In this document: in pieces, positions 1 through 10,231 of the stretch
How the letters are laid out: each line of letters begins with the position of its first letter
Position numbering within the stretch: position 1 is the stretch's first letter
Assembly: GCA_016934295.1 (NCBI GenBank)
Contig: JAFGTD010000011.1
Location: forward strand, 1 to 61,600
Length of the DNA: 61,600 nucleotides
Reading direction: 5' to 3'
Origin: Acidobacteriota bacterium
Lineage (GTDB): Bacteria > Acidobacteriota > UBA6911
Notes under the pieces: model-generated
Told to the model about the DNA's origin: nothing
What the model saw: only the letters and a program-made list of their open reading frames with translations
Databases searched by the model: none
Made by a program: the position numbers and the translations under genes

Positions 1-3000
1 CAGTCCCGGCGATTGCCGGCAGATATTCCTGTTGTGCAATTAATATTGGAAAAAGACCGGCTGCGGATTGTCGAAGCCGCTCTGAGTGTCGGAAAGTCGC
101 ACCTGGCGATTTCCGGCGACGTGGAAAATCTGCCGGAACCTGTTTTGGAGCTTAACCTGGATGCCGGTCTGCAGGCGGGCGAATTAGCCCGATTTATCGC
201 CGGTAATGAAGACTTTTCCGGAAACGTCGAGCTGCGTTTCGGAGTTAAAGGCCCATTGCATACCCCGTTTTTAACAGGCCGGGTGAACGGAAACGACATA
301 GCGCTTGGGATCTATAAAGGTATCGGGATGGATGCCGGTATTTCATGGGATTCGAATGCCGGGGTATTGACGGCAGATCCACTGGCGATCCGTTCGACCT
401 TTGGAAATTTGGATGGGAATGCTTCGATTAATACAGGCTCGGGAAACAGCTCCATTCATTCCACATTCAAGAAGGTGGACCTGGCGAAGATTTCTCAACT
501 CCTGAATCTTGAAATGCGGATAGGCGGTACAGCCTCCGGAAGCGTGGATGCAGTCTGGCCGGGGACTGACTGGAAGGACGCCGACGGCCGCGCCGACGTC
601 CGGTTTGTCCCGCAAGGCAAAGCCTCAAAAGGATTCGTTCCGGTTCAGGGCCGTCTCGATATCTCAGCGCAATCGAGACGCTATCAGGCTTCGACCCGGG
701 AGCTTAAAGTACTTGGTACGCGCGCCGCCGGCTCCCTGTGGCTTGATTCGGCGAAAAATCTTGGAGGTTCGCTACAGATCGAAGCGGATGATTTGGCTGG
801 AGTAATTTCTCAAGCCGGCCTTTTTCTGGGACGCGATTCTTTTGAATTTCCGTTTTCGGGTCGTGCGCGGGTGGCATCAACTCTTTCGGGCACGATTGAC
901 AATCCAAAATTGGTTGCCGAAGTCCACGGGGATTTCTTAAGTTATGGCGGGATTCGGGATATCTCGTTTCTTGCGAATGCCGGTTACGAATCCCGTCGGC
1001 TCAGAATCGAACAGGCAACATTAGGATGGCAGGGTCAAAGCATACGGGCGAGCGGGGAAATAGGGCTGGGGGACAATCAGCCCGGAATCCTGCTGGAAAT
1101 GCAGGGTGAGGGAATTGAGCTTTCTCCGGTATTGAATGTTTTTATGAGAGATCCGCCTGTTGAGGGGCTGGCGGATTTTGTTGCAAGGGTAACGGGTTCC
1201 ATCGACCGGCCTACTGTGGAACTTGAGTTTGCCGGCTCCGAATTGAACGCTTACGGAGAATCCTGGGGCCGGCTTGAAGTACAGGCTGCCTATCGGGACG
1301 GATCTATTGAAGTTAAGAAACTTCATCTTGATAAGAACGGCAGTTTGGAAAAGCCGGGTACTTTGACAGGAGCGGGTTTTTACACTCCCGTTTCACGGGA
1401 ATATTCCTTTCATGCGAAGACCGATCTGGAATTAATAAGCCTGATCCTGCCGGGCGGGCAGGCGGTCAAGGGAAGGTTTCGCGGAGATCTGAAGGGTTCG
1501 GGTACGGCCTTGAACCCATTAGCCGATATAGCAGTGGAAATATCCAATTTAGCATTGGACTCACAATATCTGGGCGATTTCAATGTCCGTGCGCAGCTTG
1601 CAGATCGCCTGGTCAGGGCTGAAATCGACGCTCCGGATCTGGGCGCGAATGCGGTTATCCGTACGGCGGTTCAATCTCCATATGCCGGTACATTTAATAT
1701 AAAGACGGATATTCCGGATCTGGCTGCTTTGTCTTTGCGAGGCCCGGGGGATGCAATCGTTCACGGATCTTTCTCGGGAACTCTTCAAGGGAAAGGGGAA
1801 TTCTCGGATTGGAAATCGATCGACGCGGTTCTGCAGATACAAAATGCATTGTTTATATTCAACCAACAGGAATTTAAGAACCTGACTCCGATTACCGCAT
1901 TTCTGAAAAATGGAGTGATATCTGTCGATCCTTCCAGGGTTCTTGCAGGACGGATGCAAGTGAACCTGTCGGGATCGCTGCCTCTCGAATCGTCTGAATC
2001 TTCGGGAAATGAATTTATTGTTGATATGCAGGGCAACCTCGAAAGTCTTCTGGATTATTTCCCGGATATGAAAAGCATATCCGCGAAAGGAGAGCTCCAG
2101 GCCCGGGCTCTTGTTCGAGGCGGACTGGATCTGCCTGAACCGCAGATCGCCGTTACAATAAAGGACGGTCAGATCGCTTTGCCCGGTCTGCCCGAAGATT
2201 TCCGTGACATTCAGCTGGAGGTAGCCACCAGAAATCGGGAAATAGTACTGGATCGATTCACGGCTCATTGGGGCGGCGCTGTCCTCGAGGCAAGTGCGCA
2301 TGCTCCTTTCGGTTTTTTCAGCGAGAAGCTTCGGTCGGGCGCTTCCACCGATGCCGGATTTACAGCCACGGTGCGCGATCTGAATCCCGGTTTCATCCCG
2401 GGTGCGCCCGAGGGCCTTGAAGGCAATATCTCCCTGAAAGCGGAAGGCCGTGCCGGTCTTTGGGATCCGGCGAATGTTTTCGCACAGGTGGATTTCCAGA
2501 GGTTGCAGCTGAAAATGAAGGGCCTGAATCTGGAGCAGAAAGAGTCCGCCCGGATTTATCTTCGAGAGGGTCTTGTTGTTGTAGACCGGCTCGAAGCAGC
2601 AGGAAGCGGCATAGATCTGGCCATTGCAGGAACGGCTCGTTTGACCGGAATGCAGGATATCGATATACGGTTGACCGGAAAAGGCGACGCCGGTCTCTTT
2701 ACTTCACTCCTCGAGGGGGTTCGCGCGACGGGACCGTCGGAATTTATTATTTCCGCATCCGGTACGATTCCCGATCCTCAGTTAACCGGAGATTTGACCC
2801 TGCATGATGGAAGGATTGTCCTGCAGTCGATGCCCGTGCAGGGAGAGGATATTAACCTGGCTTTAAGGTTTACACCGGGACTGGTGGAGATTGTTGAGAG
2901 CACGGGCGCTTTGAACGGGGGGCGATTCAATGCAATGGGCAGTGTGGCATACGAGATGGGATCCATTAAAAATGTCAATCTTTCCCTGGATGTGGATAAT

Positions 3001-6000
3001 CTGGATATGAATTTTCCGAAAGGATTGCGAACGCTCTCCGATTCCCGGATACAGGTCCTTCAGCGGGACGAGCTGATCCTGGTGGAAGGGAAAGTTACGA
3101 TTACGGACGGTTCCTATCGGGAAAATCTGGATCTGGCCGGATTTCTAGGTTCCGGAGGCATGCAGTTCGTTGAAGACAGGAATCCATTTTTATCGCGGGT
3201 CCGCTTTAATATAAAAATTGAAACAGCCGGTCCGATTGTTATGGACAACCGCCAGGCAAGACTCATGGCGGATTCCGAGCTGACTCTCGTCGGTACATTT
3301 TACCGTCCATCGATAACCGGCAGGTTAACGTTGGAAGAAGGCGGAGAAGTAACTCTTGCCGAGCATCGCTATATCCTCGATACCGGTATTATCGATTTTT
3401 TCAATGAAACCAAGATTGAACCGTCACTGAATATTCTCGCGAGAACCCGGGCTTCCGGGTACGACATCAATCTCAGGATTCAGGGAAGTCCGGGCAGAAT
3501 GGAAACCAGTTTCACTTCCGATCCGTCTCTTCCCGAGCCGGATATTATTTCGCTTCTGTTGACCGGGCGCACTCTCGAGGAGGCCCGCGGATCCAGCCTG
3601 AATATTGCGCGCCAACATGCTATGTCCTACCTGACGGGACAGCTCGGAGGACGCCTTTCGCGTTCTGCTGAAGAAACACTGGGGCTCAGCCGCGTTCGCA
3701 TTGAGCCGAATCTGGTTTCCGGCGATTCCGACCCCGGGGCGCGTCTTACCGTGGGGCAGGACCTGCGACGCGATCTGCGTTTGGTTTATTCGATGAATCT
3801 GGTCGACAGTTCCGACCAGATTCTCATCGGCGAATATGATCTGGCGCGTCGGTTCACCCTTCGCGGCACCAATCAATACGACAACAGCAGGCGATTCGAT
3901 TTTCAACATGATCTGCGCTTCGGGAGGAAGCGTATCGGTTCCGGTCGCCGGGATTCTTCAATCGTTATCGGAAGCATACATTTAACCGGTGAACGGGTGT
4001 TCCCGGATGCATTGATTCTGGACAAACTGATTATTAAAACAGGACAGGCTTACGATTTCCTCCGTGTGCGCAAGGGAATCGAACGGCTGATGGAATACTA
4101 CAGGGACAACAACTACCTTGAAGCGAGAATCCGCCTGCAGCAGGAGAAGGGGACCGATACTGTAGGAATTTCTTATAATATCAATGCCGGGCCGATTGTT
4201 GAATTCTCTTTTGAAGGTTTCAACCTGCCCGATAGTCTTCGAAAGCAGGTGCGGCAGACCTGGGAGTCCGGAGTTTTCGATGCACAGCGGACCGGCGATG
4301 CTGCCGCCGCAATCCGGCGCTGGTTTATTAAAAATCGTTACCTCGAAGCGAACGTGCTTTGTACGATCCGTCCATCCGCAAACGGTCCCAGGGAAGTATT
4401 CATTAGAATGGATCCGGGAGAACGTTACGAGACATTGCATTTTCGTTTCGATGGTGCCGGGGAGGTAATGCCGGGTCTTTTGGAGCAGACCGTTCGAAAA
4501 GAACCGGAAGGAATCGTCGACAGTATCCTCAATCCCCGGAAGATGGCCGACCTGCTGACACAATACTACCGTCAGCAGGGTTATTCCGCCGCACGGGTGG
4601 ATCCTCCACGACTGCAGCTGGACCCCGAAACATCTTCCGGCACAATAGAGTTCAAAACGCACGAGGGCCCGTTGTTTCATATTGAACGGATAGAATTCAT
4701 CGGACACCGGTCTCTGCCTGAAGCGGAACTGCGGGGCGTTATGGCAATGCAACCGGGAGCGATCTTCCAGCCTAAGGATATGAGAAATACCGTCGAGAAG
4801 CTGGAAGAGCTTTACTGGAGTCGCGGCTATAATGATGTAAGAATTGAATACCGGGCCGACAGGAACGAGGACGGGGGAAAGGTAAATGTCCAGTTTCTAA
4901 TCGACGAGCAGAGACAGAGCATAGTGGGTCGGGTTGAGGTCGCGGGCAATGAAAACGTTGATGGAAATTTTATTCGCAATCACTTGCGGTTAAACGAGGG
5001 GGATACACTCGAACATAAGAAGACCGAACTCTCGCGGCGCGCACTCTATAAGACCGGCGCTTTCGAACTGGTCGAAATGGAAACCGATCCGCTTATTTCG
5101 ACAGCGTCGGATGCCGCAGAATCAAAGATACCTTTATTGCTGCGCGCCCGCGTCCGCGAGGTTGTGCCTTACAAGCTTAGATACGGCGGTTTTTACGATA
5201 CGGATCGCGGGCCGGGCGCAATTTTTGATTTCGAAAACCGCAACAGTCTTCTCGGCGGCGCCAGGGTTCTTGGAGGGCGATTCCGGTACGACTCGGATCT
5301 TCAGGAATCCCGCGGATATTTTGGGCAGCCGCTCTACTTTAAATTTCCTTCAGTCGCGAGCGCGTCGGTCTTCGTTCAGAGGGAACTGCACGATGCCTTC
5401 ATAACCAAACGGGTGGGATTTTCTCTGCAGCATGAAATGGAACTGCGGGAAAATATGATTTTTTCCTACGGTTACCGATTCGAGAATGCGCACACATTTA
5501 CCGGAGACCCTGGTTTATCTCCGTTTGTCGATACAACCCGGCGTATTGCGCCTCTGACCACTTCTTTTTCCTGGAGCACGCGGGACGATTTGATGGATGC
5601 CACCCGCGGATTTTTTGTATCGAATGCTTTGGAATACGCCCCGTCATTTCTGGGTTCCGATTTGCCTTTCATGAAGTATTTCGGCCAGATTTTCAAATAT
5701 GTTCCGCTTTCAACTCCCACACAGGTGCCTTTCAGCCGGGGCGTCAAACGGTCCCGTCTTCTTTACGCGGGCGGCGTTCGGATCGGTCTTGCCGGAGGAT
5801 TCGGCGGCAATGCGCTTCCTGAAAGCGAGCGTTTCTTCGCCGGCGGGGGAACCACGATCCGCGGTTTCCAGCAGGATGCCGTCGGACCGGAAAACGAATT
5901 CGGGGATCCTGTCGGCGGAGAAGCGGTTTTTGTCTTCAATAATGAGTTGAGATTTCCTATTAAGAGTATATTTGAGGGGATTGGTTTTCTGGATATCGGC

Positions 6001-6177
6001 AATGTATATCCCCGGGTTTCCGATTTCAATCCGACGGATGTGCGAAGTTCAGCCGGTCCCGGTATCCGGGTGCGCACTCCCTACTTTCTGCTTAGATTTG
6101 ATTACGGATTCAAATTGAATCCTAAATCCGGCGAAAGTCCCGGGGCTTTCTATTTCAGTGTCGGACAGGCTTTCTGA
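1..6177 (+). CDS. TamB/AsmA-like beta-taco repeats + DUF490 domain fused to POTRA domains and an Omp85 (TamA/BamA) barrel; 5'-truncated by the window edge
   Basis: The frame is open from base 1. Gly-rich AsmA-like repeats, then a TamB C-terminus (FTSDPSLPEPDIISLLLTG, RLTVGQDL), POTRA motifs (YYRDNNYLEARI, YRQQGYSAARV, YWSRGYNDVRI), the Omp85 loop ERFFAGGGTTIRGF and terminal FYFSVGQAF. Confidence 0.9.
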   Translation, partial: QSRRLPADIPVVQLILEKDRLRIVEAALSVGKSHLAISGDVENLPEPVLELNLDAGLQAGELARFIAGNEDFSGNVELRFGVKGPLHTPFLTGRVNGNDIALGIYKGIGMDAGISWDSNAGVLTADPLAIRSTFGNLDGNASINTGSGNSSIHSTFKKVDLAKISQLLNLEMRIGGTASGSVDAVWPGTDWKDADGRADVRFVPQGKASKGFVPVQGRLDISAQSRRYQASTRELKVLGTRAAGSLWLDSAKNLGGSLQIEADDLAGVISQAGLFLGRDSFEFPFSGRARVASTLSGTIDNPKLVAEVHGDFLSYGGIRDISFLANAGYESRRLRIEQATLGWQGQSIRASGEIGLGDNQPGILLEMQGEGIELSPVLNVFMRDPPVEGLADFVARVTGSIDRPTVELEFAGSELNAYGESWGRLEVQAAYRDGSIEVKKLHLDKNGSLEKPGTLTGAGFYTPVSREYSFHAKTDLELISLILPGGQAVKGRFRGDLKGSGTALNPLADIAVEISNLALDSQYLGDFNVRAQLADRLVRAEIDAPDLGANAVIRTAVQSPYAGTFNIKTDIPDLAALSLRGPGDAIVHGSFSGTLQGKGEFSDWKSIDAVLQIQNALFIFNQQEFKNLTPITAFLKNGVISVDPSRVLAGRMQVNLSGSLPLESSESSGNEFIVDMQGNLESLLDYFPDMKSISAKGELQARALVRGGLDLPEPQIAVTIKDGQIALPGLPEDFRDIQLEVATRNREIVLDRFTAHWGGAVLEASAHAPFGFFSEKLRSGASTDAGFTATVRDLNPGFIPGAPEGLEGNISLKAEGRAGLWDPANVFAQVDFQRLQLKMKGLNLEQKESARIYLREGLVVVDRLEAAGSGIDLAIAGTARLTGMQDIDIRLTGKGDAGLFTSLLEGVRATGPSEFIISASGTIPDPQLTGDLTLHDGRIVLQSMPVQGEDINLALRFTPGLVEIVESTGALNGGRFNAMGSVAYEMGSIKNVNLSLDVDNLDMNFPKGLRTLSDSRIQVLQRDELILVEGKVTITDGSYRENLDLAGFLGSGGMQFVEDRNPFLSRVRFNIKIETAGPIVMDNRQARLMADSELTLVGTFYRPSITGRLTLEEGGEVTLAEHRYILDTGIIDFFNETKIEPSLNILARTRASGYDINLRIQGSPGRMETSFTSDPSLPEPDIISLLLTGRTLEEARGSSLNIARQHAMSYLTGQLGGRLSRSAEETLGLSRVRIEPNLVSGDSDPGARLTVGQDLRRDLRLVYSMNLVDSSDQILIGEYDLARRFTLRGTNQYDNSRRFDFQHDLRFGRKRIGSGRRDSSIVIGSIHLTGERVFPDALILDKLIIKTGQAYDFLRVRKGIERLMEYYRDNNYLEARIRLQQEKGTDTVGISYNINAGPIVEFSFEGFNLPDSLRKQVRQTWESGVFDAQRTGDAAAAIRRWFIKNRYLEANVLCTIRPSANGPREVFIRMDPGERYETLHFRFDGAGEVMPGLLEQTVRKEPEGIVDSILNPRKMADLLTQYYRQQGYSAARVDPPRLQLDPETSSGTIEFKTHEGPLFHIERIEFIGHRSLPEAELRGVMAMQPGAIFQPKDMRNTVEKLEELYWSRGYNDVRIEYRADRNEDGGKVNVQFLIDEQRQSIVGRVEVAGNENVDGNFIRNHLRLNEGDTLEHKKTELSRRALYKTGAFELVEMETDPLISTASDAAESKIPLLLRARVREVVPYKLRYGGFYDTDRGPGAIFDFENRNSLLGGARVLGGRFRYDSDLQESRGYFGQPLYFKFPSVASASVFVQRELHDAFITKRVGFSLQHEMELRENMIFSYGYRFENAHTFTGDPGLSPFVDTTRRIAPLTTSFSWSTRDDLMDATRGFFVSNALEYAPSFLGSDLPFMKYFGQIFKYVPLSTPTQVPFSRGVKRSRLLYAGGVRIGLAGGFGGNALPESERFFAGGGTTIRGFQQDAVGPENEFGDPVGGEAVFVFNNELRFPIKSIFEGIGFLDIGNVYPRVSDFNPTDVRSSAGPGIRVRTPYFLLRFDYGFKLNPKSGESPGAFYFSVGQAF

Positions 6178-6275
6178 TTCTTTATGAAGCTTTACCTGTT
6201 CGGAAGGAATCCCCGTCTTGATGAAAATAAGAAATATCATTAAACCTTCGCTGTAATGGAATAAGGTGTTTGTTG

Positions 6276-7979
6276 ATGAATTCGGTAAGATTAGGAATAA
6301 ACAGGATTGCCGGGATTGCAGTTATTTCATTAATTATCTCAGGCTTCTACCCATACGCCTTCAGTCTGGAAGGGCGGTTAATAGAAGGGGTGAAGGAAAA
6401 ATTGCGTGTCAGGATAGAGGCCTCCGCTTCCGGGCTCCCTTCCATGTTGATCGGGCATGAGTTTGTAAAAACAACCCAGGCTCTTCCCTCCTTTTATTTG
6501 AAGCGTTTATTTGATCCGATCTGGATCGGGGAAAATGGAGTTCTGCCGGAAGCGCAACGAATGGTTCGTTCCATTCGTGAAGCCGACAGGGAAGGTCTCA
6601 ATCCCGATGATTATCATCTTGAAAAAATCGCATCGATCATCGAAACCATTTCCAAAAATAACTCCTTCGGGAGGATATTAGATCCAGACAGGCTGGTCGA
6701 CCTGGAACTGCTGCTGACCGATTCCTATTTATTGTTCGGATCTCATCTGTTAAACGGCCGCGTTAATCCCGAAACTTATGACCCGGACTGGAAAATAGAA
6801 TATGGAGAAACAAACGTTCTTGAAATCCTTGATATAGCCTCCGCCCGGGGGCGCATTATAGAGTCTCTCGAAGACCTGAAGCCCAGACATTCAAGATACG
6901 CGACATTACGTGAAGCGCGACTCAAATATAAAACAATTGTAAGCAATGGAGGTTGGCCCGAGATACTCACAGGTCAATCCCTGAAAAAAGGAGACGTGGA
7001 TCCAAGAGTAGCGCGGATCAGGGAAAGGCTGATAATTGAAGGATACCTGCCGGCATCCACTCCGGGTGACTCTACAATCTACGATCAGACACTGCAAGAA
7101 TCCGTAATGGAATTTCAAGTGCATTACGGCCTGGAGCAGGATGGTGTCATAGGACCGGCTACTATTCATGCGATGAACATATCGGCACGACAAAGGGTCC
7201 GACAGATTTCCCTGTCTATGGAAAGATGGCGATGGCTGCCCCGCGACCTCGGTCCCCGATATATAAGAGTGAATATAGCGAACTTCAAGCTTGCCGTGAT
7301 TGAAGAGGAAGAATCCGTCCTGGAAATGAAGGTGATTGTCGGGCTATCGTACCGTCAGACGCCGGTATTCAGTGGGAAAATGATTTACCTGGTATTAAGC
7401 CCATACTGGAATGTGCCTCACAATATAGCCGTTAAAGATAAATTACCATCCATTAAAAAGGATCCGGAATATTTGATAAAAAATAACATGAAAGTCTTCA
7501 TGGGCTGGGGCGCGGACACCAAACAGATAGATCCCATGAGTGTGGATTGGTCGAAGGTAACCGCAAGCAACTTCGGTTATTGGTTGAGGCAGGATCCGGG
7601 TCCGGGCAATGCTCTGGGTAAGGTTAAATTTATGTTTCCGAACAAATATAACGTTTATCTGCATGACACTCCGTCCAGGGAACTTTTTGACAGGGCGGTG
7701 GGAACCTTCAGTTCCGGATGCATCCGGATCGCCAAACCGATCGAACTTGCCGAATACCTTTTACGGGATTCCGGAGAATGGAACCGAAAGGCAATATTAG
7801 AGGCTGTAGAAAAGGGGGAGGAAAAAACGGTTCGACTTAAAGAACCCGTCCCTGTTTACCTTATTTACTCGACTGCTCTCGTAAACGAGGACGGCAGCAT
7901 AGATTTTCGTGATGATATTTACAAGCGGGATATCAAGCTTGATGAAGCAATGAAACAGGTCTTGCCGGATTTGATGTAG
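6276..7979 (+). CDS. Murein L,D-transpeptidase (YcbB/LdtD family)
   Basis: Scaffold domain (ADREGLNPDDY), PG-binding domain (FQVHYGLEQDGVIGPAT), YkuD catalytic motif YLHDTP...SSGCIRI. Confidence 0.92.
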   Translation: MNSVRLGINRIAGIAVISLIISGFYPYAFSLEGRLIEGVKEKLRVRIEASASGLPSMLIGHEFVKTTQALPSFYLKRLFDPIWIGENGVLPEAQRMVRSIREADREGLNPDDYHLEKIASIIETISKNNSFGRILDPDRLVDLELLLTDSYLLFGSHLLNGRVNPETYDPDWKIEYGETNVLEILDIASARGRIIESLEDLKPRHSRYATLREARLKYKTIVSNGGWPEILTGQSLKKGDVDPRVARIRERLIIEGYLPASTPGDSTIYDQTLQESVMEFQVHYGLEQDGVIGPATIHAMNISARQRVRQISLSMERWRWLPRDLGPRYIRVNIANFKLAVIEEEESVLEMKVIVGLSYRQTPVFSGKMIYLVLSPYWNVPHNIAVKDKLPSIKKDPEYLIKNNMKVFMGWGADTKQIDPMSVDWSKVTASNFGYWLRQDPGPGNALGKVKFMFPNKYNVYLHDTPSRELFDRAVGTFSSGCIRIAKPIELAEYLLRDSGEWNRKAILEAVEKGEEKTVRLKEPVPVYLIYSTALVNEDGSIDFRDDIYKRDIKLDEAMKQVLPDLM

Positions 7980-7993
7980 CGCTTCAAATTAAA

Positions 7994-8956
7994 ATGGGTG
8001 CTTTTATGAATACGTCTCTCTATAGAAACATATTTCTGCTCTTTTGCATTCCGACACTTCTGTCTGTTCCGGGATACTGCTATTCACCCGAAAAAGCCGA
8101 TTTCTCAATCTCGATAAAGAATTTACAGATTCCCTACAGGGAATTTGCCGTTTTCGCCGTTCCTGGAGAGAATCTGGTTCTGGATGTCATGGATAATGAG
8201 AGCGCCCATGAATACAGTATCGAAACGGCACTGCTCGCCTTTCTAAAGAAAAAAAGGTCCTGGGAAGTGACTGTGCCGTTAAAAAAAGGAAGATACTCGA
8301 TTGCCGTCCATCGTATCGGAACGGACCAACGTATTCTTTTGAATATATTTTCAACCGTCCCAAGCTCCGGAATCAGGGACGGGCATTTAAACGGCTATAG
8401 GATCGGCAAGTATCCCGCTGTTCTGACCGGGAAACCTTTTGTGACGAAACCTCCCGCGCATTATATTGAAGTGACAAGAGAGAATAAGGATGTTGCAATA
8501 TCCCCGCATTTTAAGCTTAAGCAGTTCCTATGCAAGCAGCAGGGATCCTTCCCGAAATATCTGGTTCTGGATGAAGTTTTGATTCTGAAACTTGAGATGA
8601 TCCTGGAAGAGGTTAACAGCTGCGGATACCCAGCCGACACGTTTCACATAATGAGCGGATACCGTACTCCCTACTACAATAAGGCGATCGGAAATGTTGC
8701 GTACAGCAGGCATTTATGGGGAAAGGCGGCGGATATATTCATCGATCGGGATCCCCTCGACGACAGGATGGATGACCTGAACAAAGACGGCACAGTGAAC
8801 AAAAAAGACGCGAAAATTTTATTCGATATTGTTGAAAGCCTTACAGAGAAAAAATGGTATCAGAAATTTCTCGGCGGGCTCGGTCAATATGGATCGAATC
8901 CGTCCCATGGGCCCTTTGTTCATATAGATTCCAGAGGCTACAGAGCGAGGTGGTAA
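7994..8956 (+). CDS. Peptidase M15A family zinc peptidase (YcbK/MepK-like) with signal peptide
   Basis: SGYRTPYYN, SRHLWGKAAD and FVHIDSRG motifs; lies directly downstream of the L,D-transpeptidase. Confidence 0.85.
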   Translation: MGAFMNTSLYRNIFLLFCIPTLLSVPGYCYSPEKADFSISIKNLQIPYREFAVFAVPGENLVLDVMDNESAHEYSIETALLAFLKKKRSWEVTVPLKKGRYSIAVHRIGTDQRILLNIFSTVPSSGIRDGHLNGYRIGKYPAVLTGKPFVTKPPAHYIEVTRENKDVAISPHFKLKQFLCKQQGSFPKYLVLDEVLILKLEMILEEVNSCGYPADTFHIMSGYRTPYYNKAIGNVAYSRHLWGKAADIFIDRDPLDDRMDDLNKDGTVNKKDAKILFDIVESLTEKKWYQKFLGGLGQYGSNPSHGPFVHIDSRGYRARW

Positions 8957-8973
8957 GATTCAGGAACTCTGCT

Positions 8974-10198
8974 ATGGATATTCAATTGAAGGCGCTGCTG
9001 ATTGATGTGCGGTCATCTTTCTATCGTATGGAAAGATTCAAACTGGGAAATTTCTGGGGGCCCGTCGATCTGGGCCTGTTTCTTTCCGGGAAATATAAAA
9101 GCCTGAATATCGGGGTCGGACTGCTGGCGGGATCTCTTTTCCCCGGATCCAACCGGCTGATTTTCTGCGGTTTTTCCCCCTGTTGGGGAGGATTTTTCAT
9201 TTCATCCATGGGAGGAGCCGGACTCATATTCGACAATCTCGGCCTCAATATGATCTCCATTGTCGGGAAAACAGACAGCCCGTCCATTCTCTATCTGAAT
9301 CGAATTCACGGCGAAGAGATCGAATTGAAACTGGTGCCGATTGATGTGTTCCGGTATTTTCGACCAGCGAGCCGCTGAAAAGCTCAATCACCACGCCGAT
9401 GCTTATGGATTTGATGCAATCTCGATCAGCGGAGTTCTTTCCTGGTTGATGGAGTGTCTGATTGAAAAACATGTTTCTGCAAAGGATCTTGGGATCAGGA
9501 ATACCCCCGTATTTTCATTGAAGGAATTTGATGCTGTCGGCACGTCGAATCATAATGCGGACGTCGGCGTGGAACTATTGGATTCCATCATTGAAAAGCG
9601 CGCCATCCTCGACTTATCTGCCGGCGCGAGAAAATTTGCCCGTTCTTTAGCCCGGGAGAAGGGGCACAGGATTACGGATGCATTTGTTTATAACGCATTC
9701 GCCGGGAAAGGATGGATAGTTCCCAATCAATATTGGACGCCGGGTGTTCTTTCCCCGATGGCCATTATGGGGAAGTACTATATGGATTATGGGAAAGAAT
9801 TTCTGCCGCCAAGGGAATTGGGGAAGAGAAACGCAGCCAGATTTTTCAGCGAATTGATTCTCGATAATTCAGGCTACTGCCGGTTTCATCGAGGCTGGGC
9901 GGAAGAAATGCTGCCGGAAATTATCGGTTCTCTTTTCGGCATGAAAGATGCATTCTGCAACGGTATTCGTCAAACCGCCAGTCGTATTAACAGCCGGAAT
10001 GTGTCCGTATACTGGGAATCGGAAAGAAATGTCGATTTTATTTATTATTTTTTGAAAAGAAAATATACGGTAGACGGCAATCAGGACACTCAATTGGTGA
10101 AATGGATTCAACGATTCGATTCTGATAAACATGAGGCCGCATTAAGTTACTGGTATGAGATTCATAAGGGAATCCAGGAATCATTAAGAGAATTCTGA
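8974..10198 (+). pseudogene. GAPOR-like (glyceraldehyde-3-phosphate:ferredoxin oxidoreductase, AOR family) gene with internal deletion and frameshift near 9345-9350
   Basis: The N-part (8974-~9348) has GVGLLAGSLFPGSNRLIF..SPCWGGFFISSMGGAG. The C-part, in another frame, has ADAYGFDAIS and DNSGYCRFHRGW. Both resemble archaeal GAPOR as I recall it, but the central region is absent. Confidence 0.75.
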
Positions 10199-10231
10199 AG
10201 AATCATATCATAAGAAATTTCGGGAGTATGC

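Noticed and set aside
8854-8973. Upstream extension of the GAPOR N-fragment
   Set aside because: It overlaps the M15A gene; ATG 8974 follows an AGGA RBS-like sequence.
9330-9380. Programmed frameshift joining the two GAPOR-like ORFs
   Set aside because: No slippery sequence, and a large conserved central segment would still be missing.
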